Shown one piece after another: positions 22,268-33,434 of a stretch of DNA of 64,000 nt. The stretch is from assembly GCA_963703955.1 (NCBI GenBank), contig CAVPGK010000017.1:288001-352000 (forward strand). Direction: 5' to 3'. The stretch's first letter is position 1. Each line of letters opens with the position of its first letter. The notes under the pieces were generated by a model. That model worked only from the letters and a program-made list of their open reading frames with translations. It was not told the DNA's origin and ran no database searches. A program made the translations under genes and the position numbers. This DNA comes from Nitrospirota bacterium. GTDB taxonomy: Bacteria; Nitrospirota; Nitrospiria; Nitrospirales; Nitrospiraceae.

Positions 22268-25002
22268 TCACTCGTGCCGGAGAATCGCCAGCGGTCGCTG
22301 GCCCAGGATGCGGAAGGTGCTCAGGAAGCCGACGAGGAGAGTAAGAATTATGGTGAGGACAAATGCGATCGCCAGGACTTCTGGGTGAAAAGTCCAGGTC
22401 AGGTCCATGAAGAAATGAAGGACCGCCCACGATAGTGCGCTCGCCAGCGCGATACCAATGATTCCGGACACGATGCCCATGATGGCGTATTCCACTGCAA
22501 ATGATCCGGCGATGAGGTGACGGGTGGCGCCCAGCGCTTTGAAAACGACCGATTCATAGAGTCGACGATAGCGGCTCGTGGCCAGCGCTGCCGCCATGAC
22601 GATCGCGCCGGCTAGAATGCAAAATAGCGCCACCGTTCTGATGGCGAACGAGAGGTGCTCAAGAATGCGGGCAAAACTGTCCATGACCTCCCCGATGTTG
22701 ATGGCCGTCACATTGGGAAAGGCTGCGACGACCGCTTGCTGTAAGGGCACCTCTTCTTCAGGTTTCACCCGCACCGTGGCCACGTAGGTAAAGGGCGCTC
22801 CGTCCAGTGACCCCGGGGACAGGATCATATAAAAATTTGTAGAAAAATTGTTCCATTCCACCTTTCTGATGCTGCTCACCTCCGCGGACAATATCGTCCC
22901 TTGAATATCGAACTCCACGGTCGACCCCACGTCTAGTCCCATGTTCTTGGCCGCCTCTTCTTCGACGGACACAAGCGCGCGCGGAACCTTCTCCCCATGG
23001 AACCACCACTGCCCTTTCATGATGGTGTTGTCTTTCGGCAGACGGTCCAGAAACGTCAGCACATACTCGCGGGTGAAGTACCAGGATTTCCCCCGTTCGC
23101 CCTGTTCACGCTCTTGCCCGCCTCGATCAGGCCGTTCGTCCTCGTTCAGGGCGATGGCCTGGCCGTTGACGGCGTGCAATCGCGATCGGACCAGCGGCGT
23201 CATCTCCGGTCGGACACCAACCAAGCGATCCTGGACCAGGCGCTGGAACCCGCCCTTCTGGTCAGGCTGAATATCGATGAAAAAAAAGGTCGGTGCGTCA
23301 ACCGGACGGCTCTCTCCGATCTGATGGACTAGCGACCGCTCGAGCAGGGAGACTGCGACAATGATCATGACCCCAATGCCGACGGAGACCATCACACTTG
23401 CGGCCTGACTGCCGGGTCGATGTAGGTTTCCCATCGCGTGGCGGACGGCGAGAGACCGCGGACTGGGGGCGCGCATCAGCAGAGCCATCAGCAGCCTCGC
23501 CGTGACTTGCAGAAGAAGAACCGCGGCCGCCAATGCGCCCATGAACAGCAATCCGATGCTCAGCGATCCGGCCTGCCAGATGGCGAGGCCTGCCAATCCG
23601 AGCACGATGGCCAGAGCGGTGATCCAGCGCAAGGGGTCGGCGGCCAGTTGGGTCCACACATCGCACCGCCAGCCTGTCTTTTCGGAAACGACCACCGGCG
23701 TGACGTTTTCTCGAAAGACCAAGGCGGGGCGAATTTCTCGGATCCGCTAGCAAGGGCCACAAGGTAAACAAGAGCGTTGTGGCACTGCCGAGCGCGAGGC
23801 CCTTGATCACCGGAAGTATGGGAAATGCCGTGTGGCTGATGGTGACTTCGAGCAGATCGTGGGGAACGAAGCCGGCCAGGAGTTCTCGGTATCAATCCTT
23901 GAAGTGAGAGGCCAAGGACGGCACCCGCTAGACTCCCGAGAAGCCCAAGCCCGAGAGCCTGAACTAAATAAGTCCGCACCACTGTCCCCGAATCGGCTCC
24001 CAAGGTTTTCAAGATCGCAATGGTCTTGAGCTTGTCTTTGAGAAAGGCGTGCACCGTGCTGGCGACGCCGATTCCGCCGACGAAGAGCGCGGTTAACCCG
24101 ACCAAGCCGAGATAGCGCGTGAGTTGATCCAGGAAACGCCGGAGTTGGGGTTGGGCCTCTCGATAGGAAGAGACCCGAGCCGAATCCGCGGCGAGCTGGC
24201 CTCGTAGCTCAACGAGCACCGGCTGTGGCGGCACAGCCGGCGGTAGACGTAAGAGATACCGTTCGCGCACACGACTCCCCGGTTTGATCAGATCGGCGGC
24301 AGCCAACCCTTCTTGCGAAATCATCACGCGCGGCCCAAGACTGAAGGCGCTAGCCGCGCGGTCCGGTTCCTGGCGAACCACGGCGGTGATCGTGAACGTT
24401 GCCTGCCCGATTTTCAGGTGATCGCCGACCGAAAGCCCCATCTTGATCAGCAGGGATTCCTGAACTATCGCCCCATGACAGAAGATCCTCTCTTTTCCCT
24501 CTCTCCCCTCGCGGGAGAGGGTCTGGGGGAGCAGGTCTTGAAGTGAATGACAGGTTTCCGTGGGTGAAGTCAGCAGGTCGCGCAGCGAACGGTCCGAGGT
24601 GGTCTTTACCACGCCGTAGAACGGATAGCCCGCCTCGACCGCCTTGAGTTCGACAATCTGTGTCGGGCGGGCAATGGTACCCCCGCCGCGATCAGGGGCG
24701 CGCTCCGCCTGTGAACCCATCGCGATCAGCTCGCTGACGTGGGTGGTCTCGATCCCACGGGCGCCGAGTGTGGCAAGGAAGGATTTCCCATGTTCACTGA
24801 TGGGGCGAGTCAGACGGACTTCCAGATCGCCTCCCATGAGGGAACGGGCCTCCCGCGTCACCGTTCGCTCGACATTCGACGCGAACGTGCCGACGCCGAC
24901 CAAGGCCCCTACGCCAAGCGTGATGCAGACGAAGAAATACAGAAAATGCCGCCACGCCGCCCGCGTCTCCCGCCAGGCCATGTTCACGATGAAAGATCTC
25001 AC
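22268..25002 (-). CDS. ybbP: ABC transporter permease, YbbP-like (FtsX family); frameshifted near 23750-23890
   Basis: MAWRETR, ELKAV..GYPFYG, KTLGA, PTFFFIDIQPDQ, REYVLT, KALGA; adjacent to ybbA and tesA. Confidence 0.85.
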
Positions 25003-25096
25003 GTTCCCCTTCTATTTCTCAGGGACAGATAGATTCAGCCGGTCCTCGCATGCCGCGCGCGACAAGGATGTATTCCCTCGACGCGCGTAAGCAGAA

Positions 25097-25780
25097 TCAA
25101 CCCGTCTCCCGCCCCAATTCATCGGATTCGATTCGGCCGTCGCGTAGCGTGATGATGCGCTCGGCGAACGAGGCGAGGGCCGTATCATGGGTAACCAGCA
25201 CGAGCGTGCTGCCGTAATCTCGGTTCAAACCGAGCAACAGATCAATCACCTGCTCGCCGGTCGTCGAGTCGAGATTGCCGGTCGGCTCATCCGCGAGCAA
25301 GATCGGTGGCTGGCAGGCGAACGCTCGAGCGACTGCCACACGCTGCTGCTCACCGCCAGAAAGTTGCACGGGATAGTGCTCTTGGCGGTCCTTCAACCCG
25401 ACGGCGATCAAGAGTTCGGCGGAGCGAGTCCGCGCGAGACGGTTGCCGTTGAGCTCCAACGGTACCATGACATTCTCAATCGCCGTGAGTGTGGGGATTA
25501 AATGAAAGGACTGAAAAATGTACCCGATCTTCTGCCGGCGATAGCGCGCCATCTCGTTCTCATGAAGCGTCGTGATTTCAACACCGTCGAGGGAAATCGA
25601 TCCTGACGTGGGTTTATCGAGCCCGGCGATCAGTCCCAACAGCGTCGATTTGCCGCTCCCGGACGGCCCCACGATGGCCACCATTTGCTTCTCCGGAATC
25701 TCCAGCGTCACATCGTCCAAGATAGTGACGGCGTGGCCGCCGCCGGTGAGACGCATCGTCACATTCTTAACAGCAATCAT
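25097..25780 (-). CDS. ybbA: ABC ATP-binding protein, YbbA-like
   Basis: Walker A GPSGSGKS, LSGGEQQRV, ILLADEPTGNLD, H-loop VTHD. Confidence 0.9.
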   Translation of the reverse strand: MIAVKNVTMRLTGGGHAVTILDDVTLEIPEKQMVAIVGPSGSGKSTLLGLIAGLDKPTSGSISLDGVEITTLHENEMARYRRQKIGYIFQSFHLIPTLTAIENVMVPLELNGNRLARTRSAELLIAVGLKDRQEHYPVQLSGGEQQRVAVARAFACQPPILLADEPTGNLDSTTGEQVIDLLLGLNRDYGSTLVLVTHDTALASFAERIITLRDGRIESDELGRETG

Positions 25781-25884
25781 GCCGTCTTTCCGTGATCGCG
25801 ATGAAGTGTGGTACCTTCGATATGAAGGCTCTATTATACTGTATGGTAGGTCTCGTTGAGACGCTGACGCAGACAGAGATTGAC

Positions 25885-26706
25885 ATGGCGACATTGTGGT
25901 CATGGTTCCATGCGCGACGGCTTCTGGTCGTTTTCTGGGCATTGATGGGGCTGACAGTCGCGGCCTGTGAGCCGTCATCTGAGCCGCCGCCGTCCCCGAC
26001 CTCGCCGGGCGTAGGGTCCCCTGCTCCTCATGATGGGTTTGGCCCTCGATTCGGGACGGACGTCACGGGCCAGCCGGCTCGCGGCGCTGAACTGACACGC
26101 GACGATGTTCCCAAGATCGTCGCGTTCGGTGACAGCCTCACGGCTGGACTCGGCGTCTCACCGGATGAGTCCTACCCGGCGCAGCTTCAGCGAAAGCTGA
26201 ATGAGGCCGGCTATCGTTACCGCGTGATCAATGCGGGCGTCAGCGGAGATACGACGGCCGGCGGGATCCGTCGGGTGGATTGGGTGCTCAAGAGCCGGCC
26301 TGACATTGTGATCCTGGAGTTGGGCGCCAACGACGGCCTTCGCGGGCTTTCGATCGATCAGGTGCGAGCCAACCTCGAGCGGATCATTCAACGATTGCAA
26401 GCCGCCGGCGTGAAGGTGGTTCTGGCAGGGATGAAGCTGCCCCCGAATTACGGAGCCGACTACACAGCGCGCTTCGCCGCTCTGTACGAGGAACTGGCTC
26501 GTCGCTACCGCGTGACGACGATGCCGTTCTTTCTTGAGGGGGTTGGCGCGCAGACTGCGCTGAATCAAGCCGACGGCATTCATCCGACGGGCGCGGGCTA
26601 CCGTGTGATCGTGGACCACCTCTTGCCTGTCTTGGAGCCGCTCTTGTCGAAGGCTCCGCGGGCCAAGCTGGAAGAAAAATCTATCCCTACCCGCGCGATG
26701 GTGTGA
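25885..26706 (+). CDS. tesA: Arylesterase/acyl-CoA thioesterase I (SGNH), lipoprotein
   Basis: GDSL, NAGVSGDTT, ELGANDG, QADGIHP; lipobox VAAC; divergent from ybbA. Confidence 0.9.
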   Translation: MATLWSWFHARRLLVVFWALMGLTVAACEPSSEPPPSPTSPGVGSPAPHDGFGPRFGTDVTGQPARGAELTRDDVPKIVAFGDSLTAGLGVSPDESYPAQLQRKLNEAGYRYRVINAGVSGDTTAGGIRRVDWVLKSRPDIVILELGANDGLRGLSIDQVRANLERIIQRLQAAGVKVVLAGMKLPPNYGADYTARFAALYEELARRYRVTTMPFFLEGVGAQTALNQADGIHPTGAGYRVIVDHLLPVLEPLLSKAPRAKLEEKSIPTRAMV

Positions 26707-26715
26707 TCATCCGGG

Positions 26716-26901
26716 TCAGGACTTTTTGAAGAAGGTGTCGTACACGCCGTAGACCAGGATCACGCCGATCAGTGTGTAATACATATATGAAACGCCGCTA
26801 TAATCCGCCGACCCGCCTTTCGCCTCGTTGGCCAGCGCAAGAGACCCGCTCAGAACAACCGACGCACACGCCTCCAACATTCCCGACCAAGCTCTTCTCA
26901 T
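26716..26901 (-). CDS. Small (61 aa) membrane-anchored protein
   Basis: AGGAGG RBS; signal-like N-terminus ending ALA; C-terminal TM YMYYTLIGVILVYGVY followed by FFKKS. Confidence 0.7.
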   Translation of the reverse strand: MRRAWSGMLEACASVVLSGSLALANEAKGGSADYSGVSYMYYTLIGVILVYGVYDTFFKKS

Positions 26902-27061
26902 GAGAGACTCCTCCTTTGTTACAGGCACTATTATTAATAGAGAGCAGGCAAACGGGGGCAGATTCTACGGAACTTCCCAAGCCGGACGCAAGCATGAAGG
27001 CAGGCTTCCTACTGGTGCCGGATTGTCCATCCGAGTACACTCCTGGCTTGTCTGATTCATA

Positions 27062-27715
27062 ATGGAGAGCGCGCTGATGCAGGAATGGATTGCCACATGG
27101 TTTCAATGGGTTCACGACTGGGGATATCCGGGAATTATCTTGCTGATGGCGCTTGAGAGTTCCGTGTTTCCGATTCCAAGCGAAATCGTGATCCCGCCGG
27201 CGGCTTATTGGGCCGCGCAAGGTCGATACAGCTTCACGGGCGTGGTGCTTGCCGGGACCTTTGGCAGCTACCTCGGGGCGGCCGCGACCTACTGGGCAGC
27301 TCGTTTGACGGGACGCCCCCTATTGCTTCGATACGGCAAATTCGCCTTTTGTCCCGAGGCAAAACTGCTTCGAGCCGAACGATGGCTCGCGCGTTACGAA
27401 GCAGGCGGCGTCTTTTTTGCCAGACTCGTTCCCGTCGTCCGCCATCTGATTGGCATTCCAGCCGGCATTGTTCGCATGCCGTTCGGCTTATACAGCCTCA
27501 TGACGGTCGTGGGCGCAGGATTGTGGTGCTGGGTCTTGGCTTGGTTCGGCGGGGATCTGCTCGGGAGCCAACCGGATTTGGTAAAGAATCCAACCCTGCT
27601 TGTGCGGGTGGTGCAGGAGCGTTCGTATCTCGTCGGCGGCTTTGCGGTCGCCCTATGCGCACTCTACCTGTTTGTAATGCGAGTGACAGGCAAGCCTGCC
27701 TCCTCACGGTCATGA
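27062..27715 (+). CDS. dedA: DedA family membrane protein
   Basis: LMALESSVFPIPSE, RYGK, FFARLVPVVRHLIGIPAG. Confidence 0.92.
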   Translation: MESALMQEWIATWFQWVHDWGYPGIILLMALESSVFPIPSEIVIPPAAYWAAQGRYSFTGVVLAGTFGSYLGAAATYWAARLTGRPLLLRYGKFAFCPEAKLLRAERWLARYEAGGVFFARLVPVVRHLIGIPAGIVRMPFGLYSLMTVVGAGLWCWVLAWFGGDLLGSQPDLVKNPTLLVRVVQERSYLVGGFAVALCALYLFVMRVTGKPASSRS

Positions 27716-27748
27716 TCACGGAGCCGGATGGGCGCGCGAACTCGACGG

Positions 27749-28633
27749 TTAGCGCGAATGCGGCTTGGCGAGGCCCTGAAGGGCTGTGGATATTTCTTTA
27801 CACGAGGTGCCGAGTCGGTCAAGTTGGGAGGCTTTCTGGAGCAGTTCGGTCGCCAGGACCTTGACCTGTCCGTCGAAACGATCGATGTCTTTGGCCAGCT
27901 CGGCCAATCTCGTGAGTACCGCGGTGTGGCCGGCGATCTCACGTTCCAGGTTTTCGACCTTGGCTCGGGCTTCTTCGCCCTCCTGCGTCGTCGTCTGCAA
28001 TTGCTGATTCAGTCGCGATAGCTGATCGTCGCGATCGCGGAGATCGGTTTCAAGAGACCGCTGTTTCTCTTCCCCGAACCGACGGCGATCATCGAGTCGC
28101 TGAATCGCAGTGATCCAGCCAAACACTTCGCCAGTTTTGATATTAGGCCCGGCCGGCAACACGTGTCCGCCTTCCAACGCCTTCACCACGGCCTGAAGCC
28201 ACTCGATGAAGGCAGTGATCTCACCGAGTTTGATATCCAACGTCGGTATCGAAGGCGCAGGTTTGGTTGCCGGAGGGCCGTTGGCCGGTCGATCCGGAGT
28301 TCGAGAGACGCTTTTCGGGCTGACCCATCGATGATATTCGAGCAGGGCAGCCACCGAATGCCGGCAGAAGGGCTGCTCGTTCAGCGTACAGGTGCATTTG
28401 ATGCCCAAAGTGCCATCCTTCAAGCGAACGGTTTGGTCATACACACCGGAATTCCCGATGACCACCGAGGAGATTTGGCATTCATCGGCCTCGACGATCC
28501 GGACCCGATTCTCGGCTAAGTATTGGTTTGCAATCTGAAAAGCCGGAGGTTCGACGACTGATTGAATCATGGACGGCTCCAGCAAGCTCAACCGCTGGGC
28601 AGAACAGGAAATCTTCCCGCGCATCGTGACCAT
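27749..28633 (-). CDS. SWIM zinc-finger protein with C-terminal coiled coil
   Basis: CTC-x6-CRH SWIM motif; heptad-rich C-terminus. Confidence 0.82.
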   Translation of the reverse strand: MVTMRGKISCSAQRLSLLEPSMIQSVVEPPAFQIANQYLAENRVRIVEADECQISSVVIGNSGVYDQTVRLKDGTLGIKCTCTLNEQPFCRHSVAALLEYHRWVSPKSVSRTPDRPANGPPATKPAPSIPTLDIKLGEITAFIEWLQAVVKALEGGHVLPAGPNIKTGEVFGWITAIQRLDDRRRFGEEKQRSLETDLRDRDDQLSRLNQQLQTTTQEGEEARAKVENLEREIAGHTAVLTRLAELAKDIDRFDGQVKVLATELLQKASQLDRLGTSCKEISTALQGLAKPHSR

Positions 28634-28927
28634 CTCCTGTGAAGGTTCAGAGCGATCATACGTACTACCTGCTACAGTCTACCTCCTGGCGCGCAGGATC
28701 AATGCTACAAAAGGATATTCGCTCTATTCGTCCGTGCTGAATGGATCGATGGTTCAGGAGCGGAACGCTATGAAGCGTCAACTACTTAGGCTTACTTAGT
28801 CGAGAGACTGAGAGGTTGAGGCTCTGCCACGAACGCCAGCGTGCCTGCCCTCGCAGGGGTGCCAAGATTTGCCAAAGGCGAGGATTTCCTTCGTTTGGGA
28901 AAAGCCGGGAGGTCGTAGCAGACGTTA

Positions 28928-29899
28928 TCAGCGGCATCGCTTGGCTGGGCCGTGAGCGCCTACCGGCGTGAGCCAGACATAGTCGGCAATTGATTCCTGC
29001 AAAAGACTCTTCACTTCTTCCACGGAACCGGAGTCGAGCGAGGTCATATAGACCGTCGTTTGTTTTACCTCGCCGTTGGTTTTCAGCAGCACACGATCCG
29101 GCACCGGCAAGTGATATTGGATATGTCCCCCTCCCGTGTAGCTGACCAGGGGGCCGATTCTTCCGTCGGTCTCTGTCTTGGTCCGAGCCAGATAGTCGGC
29201 AATGGTTTTGGCCATGCTTTCGTCCCGAAACAGAGAGGCTTCATACATGCGCTGATACCCGTCGTCCGACATGCCGCCATGACAGAGTCGCAGTTGCCTC
29301 ACGATCATATCCCGGTAGACGGCAGTATCGACGAAGATGTGATCCTGCATGCCCCAGCGACCCATCTCCGCATCGCTCAAGGCCCGCGCGAGTCCCTGCG
29401 AAGCGACACGGCGAACCAGCGGTCTGGGCGGATTCAGAGCAAGTATGGGCAAGCGGTGTTCCCGGGCGAAGCTGATCAGCGGAGCATACTCGTCGAACGG
29501 TCCGCCCCAATTTTGCTCCCATCGTGACGCCTCCAAAAAATGGTCCCGAGATGTCTCGCTTTCCGAGAGGTATTGGTCCAGCCCCGATTGTCCATCCCAC
29601 CCGAACATTTCCACCGCGAGCGCCGGTTCGCGCTTGTACTCGAGCAACGCTCGGAGAATCTTGAGCGCCGCATCAATGTGCCAATTATTTCGATGCTCTT
29701 CACCAAGGTAGATCACATCCTTCTCGTTCAGGAGAGCCACCCACGCCTCGAATGCGATGGCGTGACCGGACTTAACCTCGATTACTTGCCATTCGATGAA
29801 AGGATGGGAAAGTGGGTTGTCCGCCGACCGAGAGGCCGGAGTGTGAAGGAGCAACAGGAACGCCGGAGGAATAAGGAGAAACAAGAAAGGATGGCGCAT
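28928..29899 (-). CDS. ChaN/DUF399 family (heme/iron-uptake-associated) periplasmic protein
   Basis: DVIYLGEEH, LAVEMF, Y.PL..FARE, RDESMA, GGGH; signal peptide from MRHPFLF. Confidence 0.85.
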   Translation of the reverse strand: MRHPFLFLLIPPAFLLLLHTPASRSADNPLSHPFIEWQVIEVKSGHAIAFEAWVALLNEKDVIYLGEEHRNNWHIDAALKILRALLEYKREPALAVEMFGWDGQSGLDQYLSESETSRDHFLEASRWEQNWGGPFDEYAPLISFAREHRLPILALNPPRPLVRRVASQGLARALSDAEMGRWGMQDHIFVDTAVYRDMIVRQLRLCHGGMSDDGYQRMYEASLFRDESMAKTIADYLARTKTETDGRIGPLVSYTGGGHIQYHLPVPDRVLLKTNGEVKQTTVYMTSLDSGSVEEVKSLLQESIADYVWLTPVGAHGPAKRCR

Positions 29900-30026
29900 T
29901 TGGGGTGTGTCGTAGCACAAGCATCTTCTAGCGGCAAGCCCCACCTTGACGGGATACTGGCAGGTGGCTATTCTGCGTCCATTGTTCAATTGATTCCTTC
30001 CGAGACCTCCGGCATGCCTTGTCCTC

Positions 30027-31207
30027 ATGATCCTTGAACCGCAGCTCCTCATCCAGTTGAAGGAACAATTGAGGCGATCGCGCGAAGTCGACGAGGAAGC
30101 CTGGGGTCTGTCACGTAAACTGGTGACACGGGCATCCCCTGCCCTCAACGCTCACGAAGCTGAGCGAGGCGATCCAGGCGTCTTCCCTCCCCGGGGCGCT
30201 CCGGGATGCGTTGGTCAGCGGGTTGCGCCGTGGAGCGATTGATCACGATCCTCCTGGTGACCCACTCAAGCAGCTGACCGGCCTTCCCCACACGAAGGCG
30301 GTCCGTGCGCTGTGCGTGTTGTTCGGGCTGGCGGCGGGAGTCCGGGAGCCCGTCCCGGTTTCTCACTTGCGGCCGGCTGAAATCGAGCAATTCCTCCGGA
30401 CCCACAACAATCCGTTTGATCTGCTGCTCCACGCCGACGTGGCCTCGACCCTCGACTTGGGAACGGGCGATCCAGGCGGATCCGGTTCTGATCGAGAGGC
30501 TACACACACATTCCCCGGGTCTTCGTTTCCGGTTTTGGGGGAATCAAGACATGTTTGAACTGGAGCACGTGAAGGGGCTCTGGCCGCGGTACACGATCGC
30601 AACCTGCAATGCGCCGGCGACACCGACCTTTGCCTATGATCCGACCCGGGTTTCCCCGCTTCTCATCGAGCAACATCTTCGAAACACGAAAGGCGAATTC
30701 AAGAAGGTTCGGTGTGACGGAGAAGAGGCGCTCGAAGTCCGCCATCAAGGCCGCATGCTGCTCTTCCCACCTTGGAAGTTCGACATCCACGGCCCGTTGG
30801 CCCTTTTGGATCTGCTATCCAGACAAGGCAAGGTGTGCGTGCTGGCCTCGGTAGATTCACAGGTCTTTTGGGAAATGCTCTCCCAACTCCTCGCAGACCC
30901 AGCTCTTCGTCCGCCGGACAGGATCTTCGATCGGTCCATGATCCCTGATCTGTTCGGTCCTCTGCATGCCCAACTGACTACACTGTCCATCGGGGGTTCC
31001 CTTGTCCTCTCCGACATGGCTGAACCCAGACCGGCTATACCCCGTGTGCTTGGGGAGGCAGCCGGCTCGGACTACGCCTTTCGATATCTGGAAATTCGTC
31101 GCGGCGCGCTGTTCGAAGGCATCCCTTGCAGCCGAACGGCGCGTTTGTTCCGCACGATGACCGAGGAAGAACCACCGTGGTTTGTGATCCTCGTGCCCGA
31201 TGAATAG
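30027..31207 (+). CDS. Hypothetical protein with a SAM-binding-like motif, broken across three frames
   Basis: ORFs 30027-30242, 30211-30558 and 30305-31207 appear to join; STLDLGTGD motif-I-like sequence. Confidence 0.6.
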
Positions 31208-31281
31208 CAAAATTGACGCTCTGCAGGTCGTTTGCTAGACTTTTTTCATCCCCCCGCACTGCAACCGCCGGTATTCAATTC

Positions 31282-32223
31282 ATGACCATGACGAAGAAAA
31301 TCCAACTCTTGCAATCCAATATTGAGCAGGTCATTAAGGGAAAGGACGAGGTCATCACATGGGCGGTGGTCTGTCTCCTGGCCCGCGGCCATCTCTTGAT
31401 CGAAGATGTCCCCGGAGTCGGGAAGACCACCTTGGCGCAGGCCCTGGCTCGGTCCATTGATTGCTCCTTTCGGCGCATTCAATTCACCAGTGATCTCTTG
31501 CCGTCCGACATTCTCGGCGTTTCCATCTTTAATCGGCAGAAGCAGGCGTTTGAGTTCATGCCTGGTCCCATTTTTTCTCATATCGTGCTGGCGGATGAAA
31601 TCAATCGGACGACCCCAAAGACACAGAGTAGCCTGCTCGAGGCGATGAATGAGTCCCAAGTCTCGATGGATAACGAAACCCGTGACCTCCCCCAACCGTT
31701 CATGGTGATCGCCACGCAAAATCCTTCCGAGCACCACGGCACCTTTCCGTTACCGGAATCGCAATTGGATCGATTTCTCATGCAGATTCGGATCGGGTAT
31801 CCCGACGTCTCGGCGGAAAAAAAGATTCTAGACCGGCCGGGCGCCCTGCATCCGTCCGATGAACTGTCGCCGGTGCTCACCGCTGAAGACGTGATCGAGT
31901 TGCAACAGACAGTTGATAGAATTAGCCTCGACGAGACACTGTTGGACTACTTGCTCGCCATCGTGGCCGAGACGCGCCGAAGCGAATTGCTGGCTCTTGG
32001 TGTCAGCACCCGCGGCGCGGTCTCGCTCTCCCGAGCGGCCAAGGCGCTTGCCTTGGTCAGGGATCGATCCTACTGCCTTCCCGACGATATCAAGGAATTG
32101 GCGCCGATCGTCCTGCCCCATCGAGTCACACTCACCAGTGGCGCTGGTTTTCGAGGGCGTCGCATTGAAGATGCCGAGCAGGTTATCCGGAACATTCTCG
32201 AATGCGTCCCTGTCCCGCTTTGA
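31282..32223 (+). CDS. moxR: MoxR family AAA+ ATPase
   Basis: HLLIEDVPGVGKT, RIQFTSDLLPSD, LADEINR, ATQNP, LPESQLDRF. Confidence 0.95.
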   Translation: MTMTKKIQLLQSNIEQVIKGKDEVITWAVVCLLARGHLLIEDVPGVGKTTLAQALARSIDCSFRRIQFTSDLLPSDILGVSIFNRQKQAFEFMPGPIFSHIVLADEINRTTPKTQSSLLEAMNESQVSMDNETRDLPQPFMVIATQNPSEHHGTFPLPESQLDRFLMQIRIGYPDVSAEKKILDRPGALHPSDELSPVLTAEDVIELQQTVDRISLDETLLDYLLAIVAETRRSELLALGVSTRGAVSLSRAAKALALVRDRSYCLPDDIKELAPIVLPHRVTLTSGAGFRGRRIEDAEQVIRNILECVPVPL

Positions 32224-32306
32224 AGCACGCTGTCAGAACTGCGACTTTCCTCATAATGACTACGCCACGTTCCTGTGCGGATCGTTGCTAATAGCTGAGA
32301 GGTGGT

Positions 32307-33434
32307 GTGCGAATCAAACAGGTCCGACAATTTCTTCGTAGACTCTCCCGCAATCGCTCTCTCCGCGTGACCCCGGAAGGCACCCGTTTTCTGTTGTTGA
32401 CGCTGGGCGTCGGCGGGGCCGCTATCAATACGGGTCACAACCTGCTCTATCTGTTTTTTGCGATGATGCTGAGTCTGATCGTGATCTCCGGGATTCTCTC
32501 GGAGCAGTGCCTCAGGCAACTCGATATCCGAAGGTATCTGCCCACACACCTCTTTGCGAACCGTCCGGCGACGGCCAGCTTTGTGATTACTAACCGGAAG
32601 ACCCGCCTCTCCACGTTTTCCCTGCATGTCATGGATATCATCTCGGAGACGGCCGTGGATCGAGGCGTTCGTCTGCTCCATCTGGCCCCAGGCGGCACGG
32701 TACGGCAGGCGTACTCCCTGCTTGTCTCACGGCGGGGCCTTTTTCGTCTGGACGGAATCAAGCTGTTGACTCGCTTTCCATTCGGTTTCTTCGTCAAGGC
32801 GGCGGCCCTGCCGCTCCAATCCGAGATCTTGGTCTATCCGGAGATCCAAGCCCTGCCTACCACCCTCATACATGAATTAGCGGCTCATGGGCAGGGTGAC
32901 ACGATCCTCGAGCGAGGCCAAGGAGCAGGCCTGCATAACCTACGGCTCTATCAACCGGGAGACGATTCGCGCACCATTCACTGGAAAACAACGGCACGGA
33001 AAACCCAATTGATCGTTCGTGAAACCGAAGCGGAGCATCAGCAGCGCGTCACGCTCGCCTTGTACAATGCCGTGCCCGGTCAGAAAACACGAGCGAAATC
33101 CGATGCCACGGCTGCCGAGTTGGCGTTTGAACAGGCCGTCACCCTGACGGCCTCACTCGCGCATTTCTTTCGCCAGCGTGGCTATCACATTCGCTTATTG
33201 GTCGGAGAACGTGACCTGCCCTACGGTGTAGGAGAAAATCATTTCTACCGGCTCCTCACGCTTCTCGCACTGTGCGAGTCGACGGAGGAGCCGTCGCCAC
33301 GGGTCTTGCAGTCTCTGGGCGGTCTGACCGTTGAGTCTGCGTATACCATCGCCGTACTCCCCGCCTCGGATCCGCTTGCGCTGGATCTGTGCCGCGGAGT
33401 CAGCCGAGTCTTTATCGCATCGGATCTCACGTGA
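32307..33434 (+). CDS. DUF58 family protein
   Basis: N-terminal TM pair; TRFPFGF; LRLYQPGDDSRTIHWKTTAR. Confidence 0.92.
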   Translation: MRIKQVRQFLRRLSRNRSLRVTPEGTRFLLLTLGVGGAAINTGHNLLYLFFAMMLSLIVISGILSEQCLRQLDIRRYLPTHLFANRPATASFVITNRKTRLSTFSLHVMDIISETAVDRGVRLLHLAPGGTVRQAYSLLVSRRGLFRLDGIKLLTRFPFGFFVKAAALPLQSEILVYPEIQALPTTLIHELAAHGQGDTILERGQGAGLHNLRLYQPGDDSRTIHWKTTARKTQLIVRETEAEHQQRVTLALYNAVPGQKTRAKSDATAAELAFEQAVTLTASLAHFFRQRGYHIRLLVGERDLPYGVGENHFYRLLTLLALCESTEEPSPRVLQSLGGLTVESAYTIAVLPASDPLALDLCRGVSRVFIASDLT

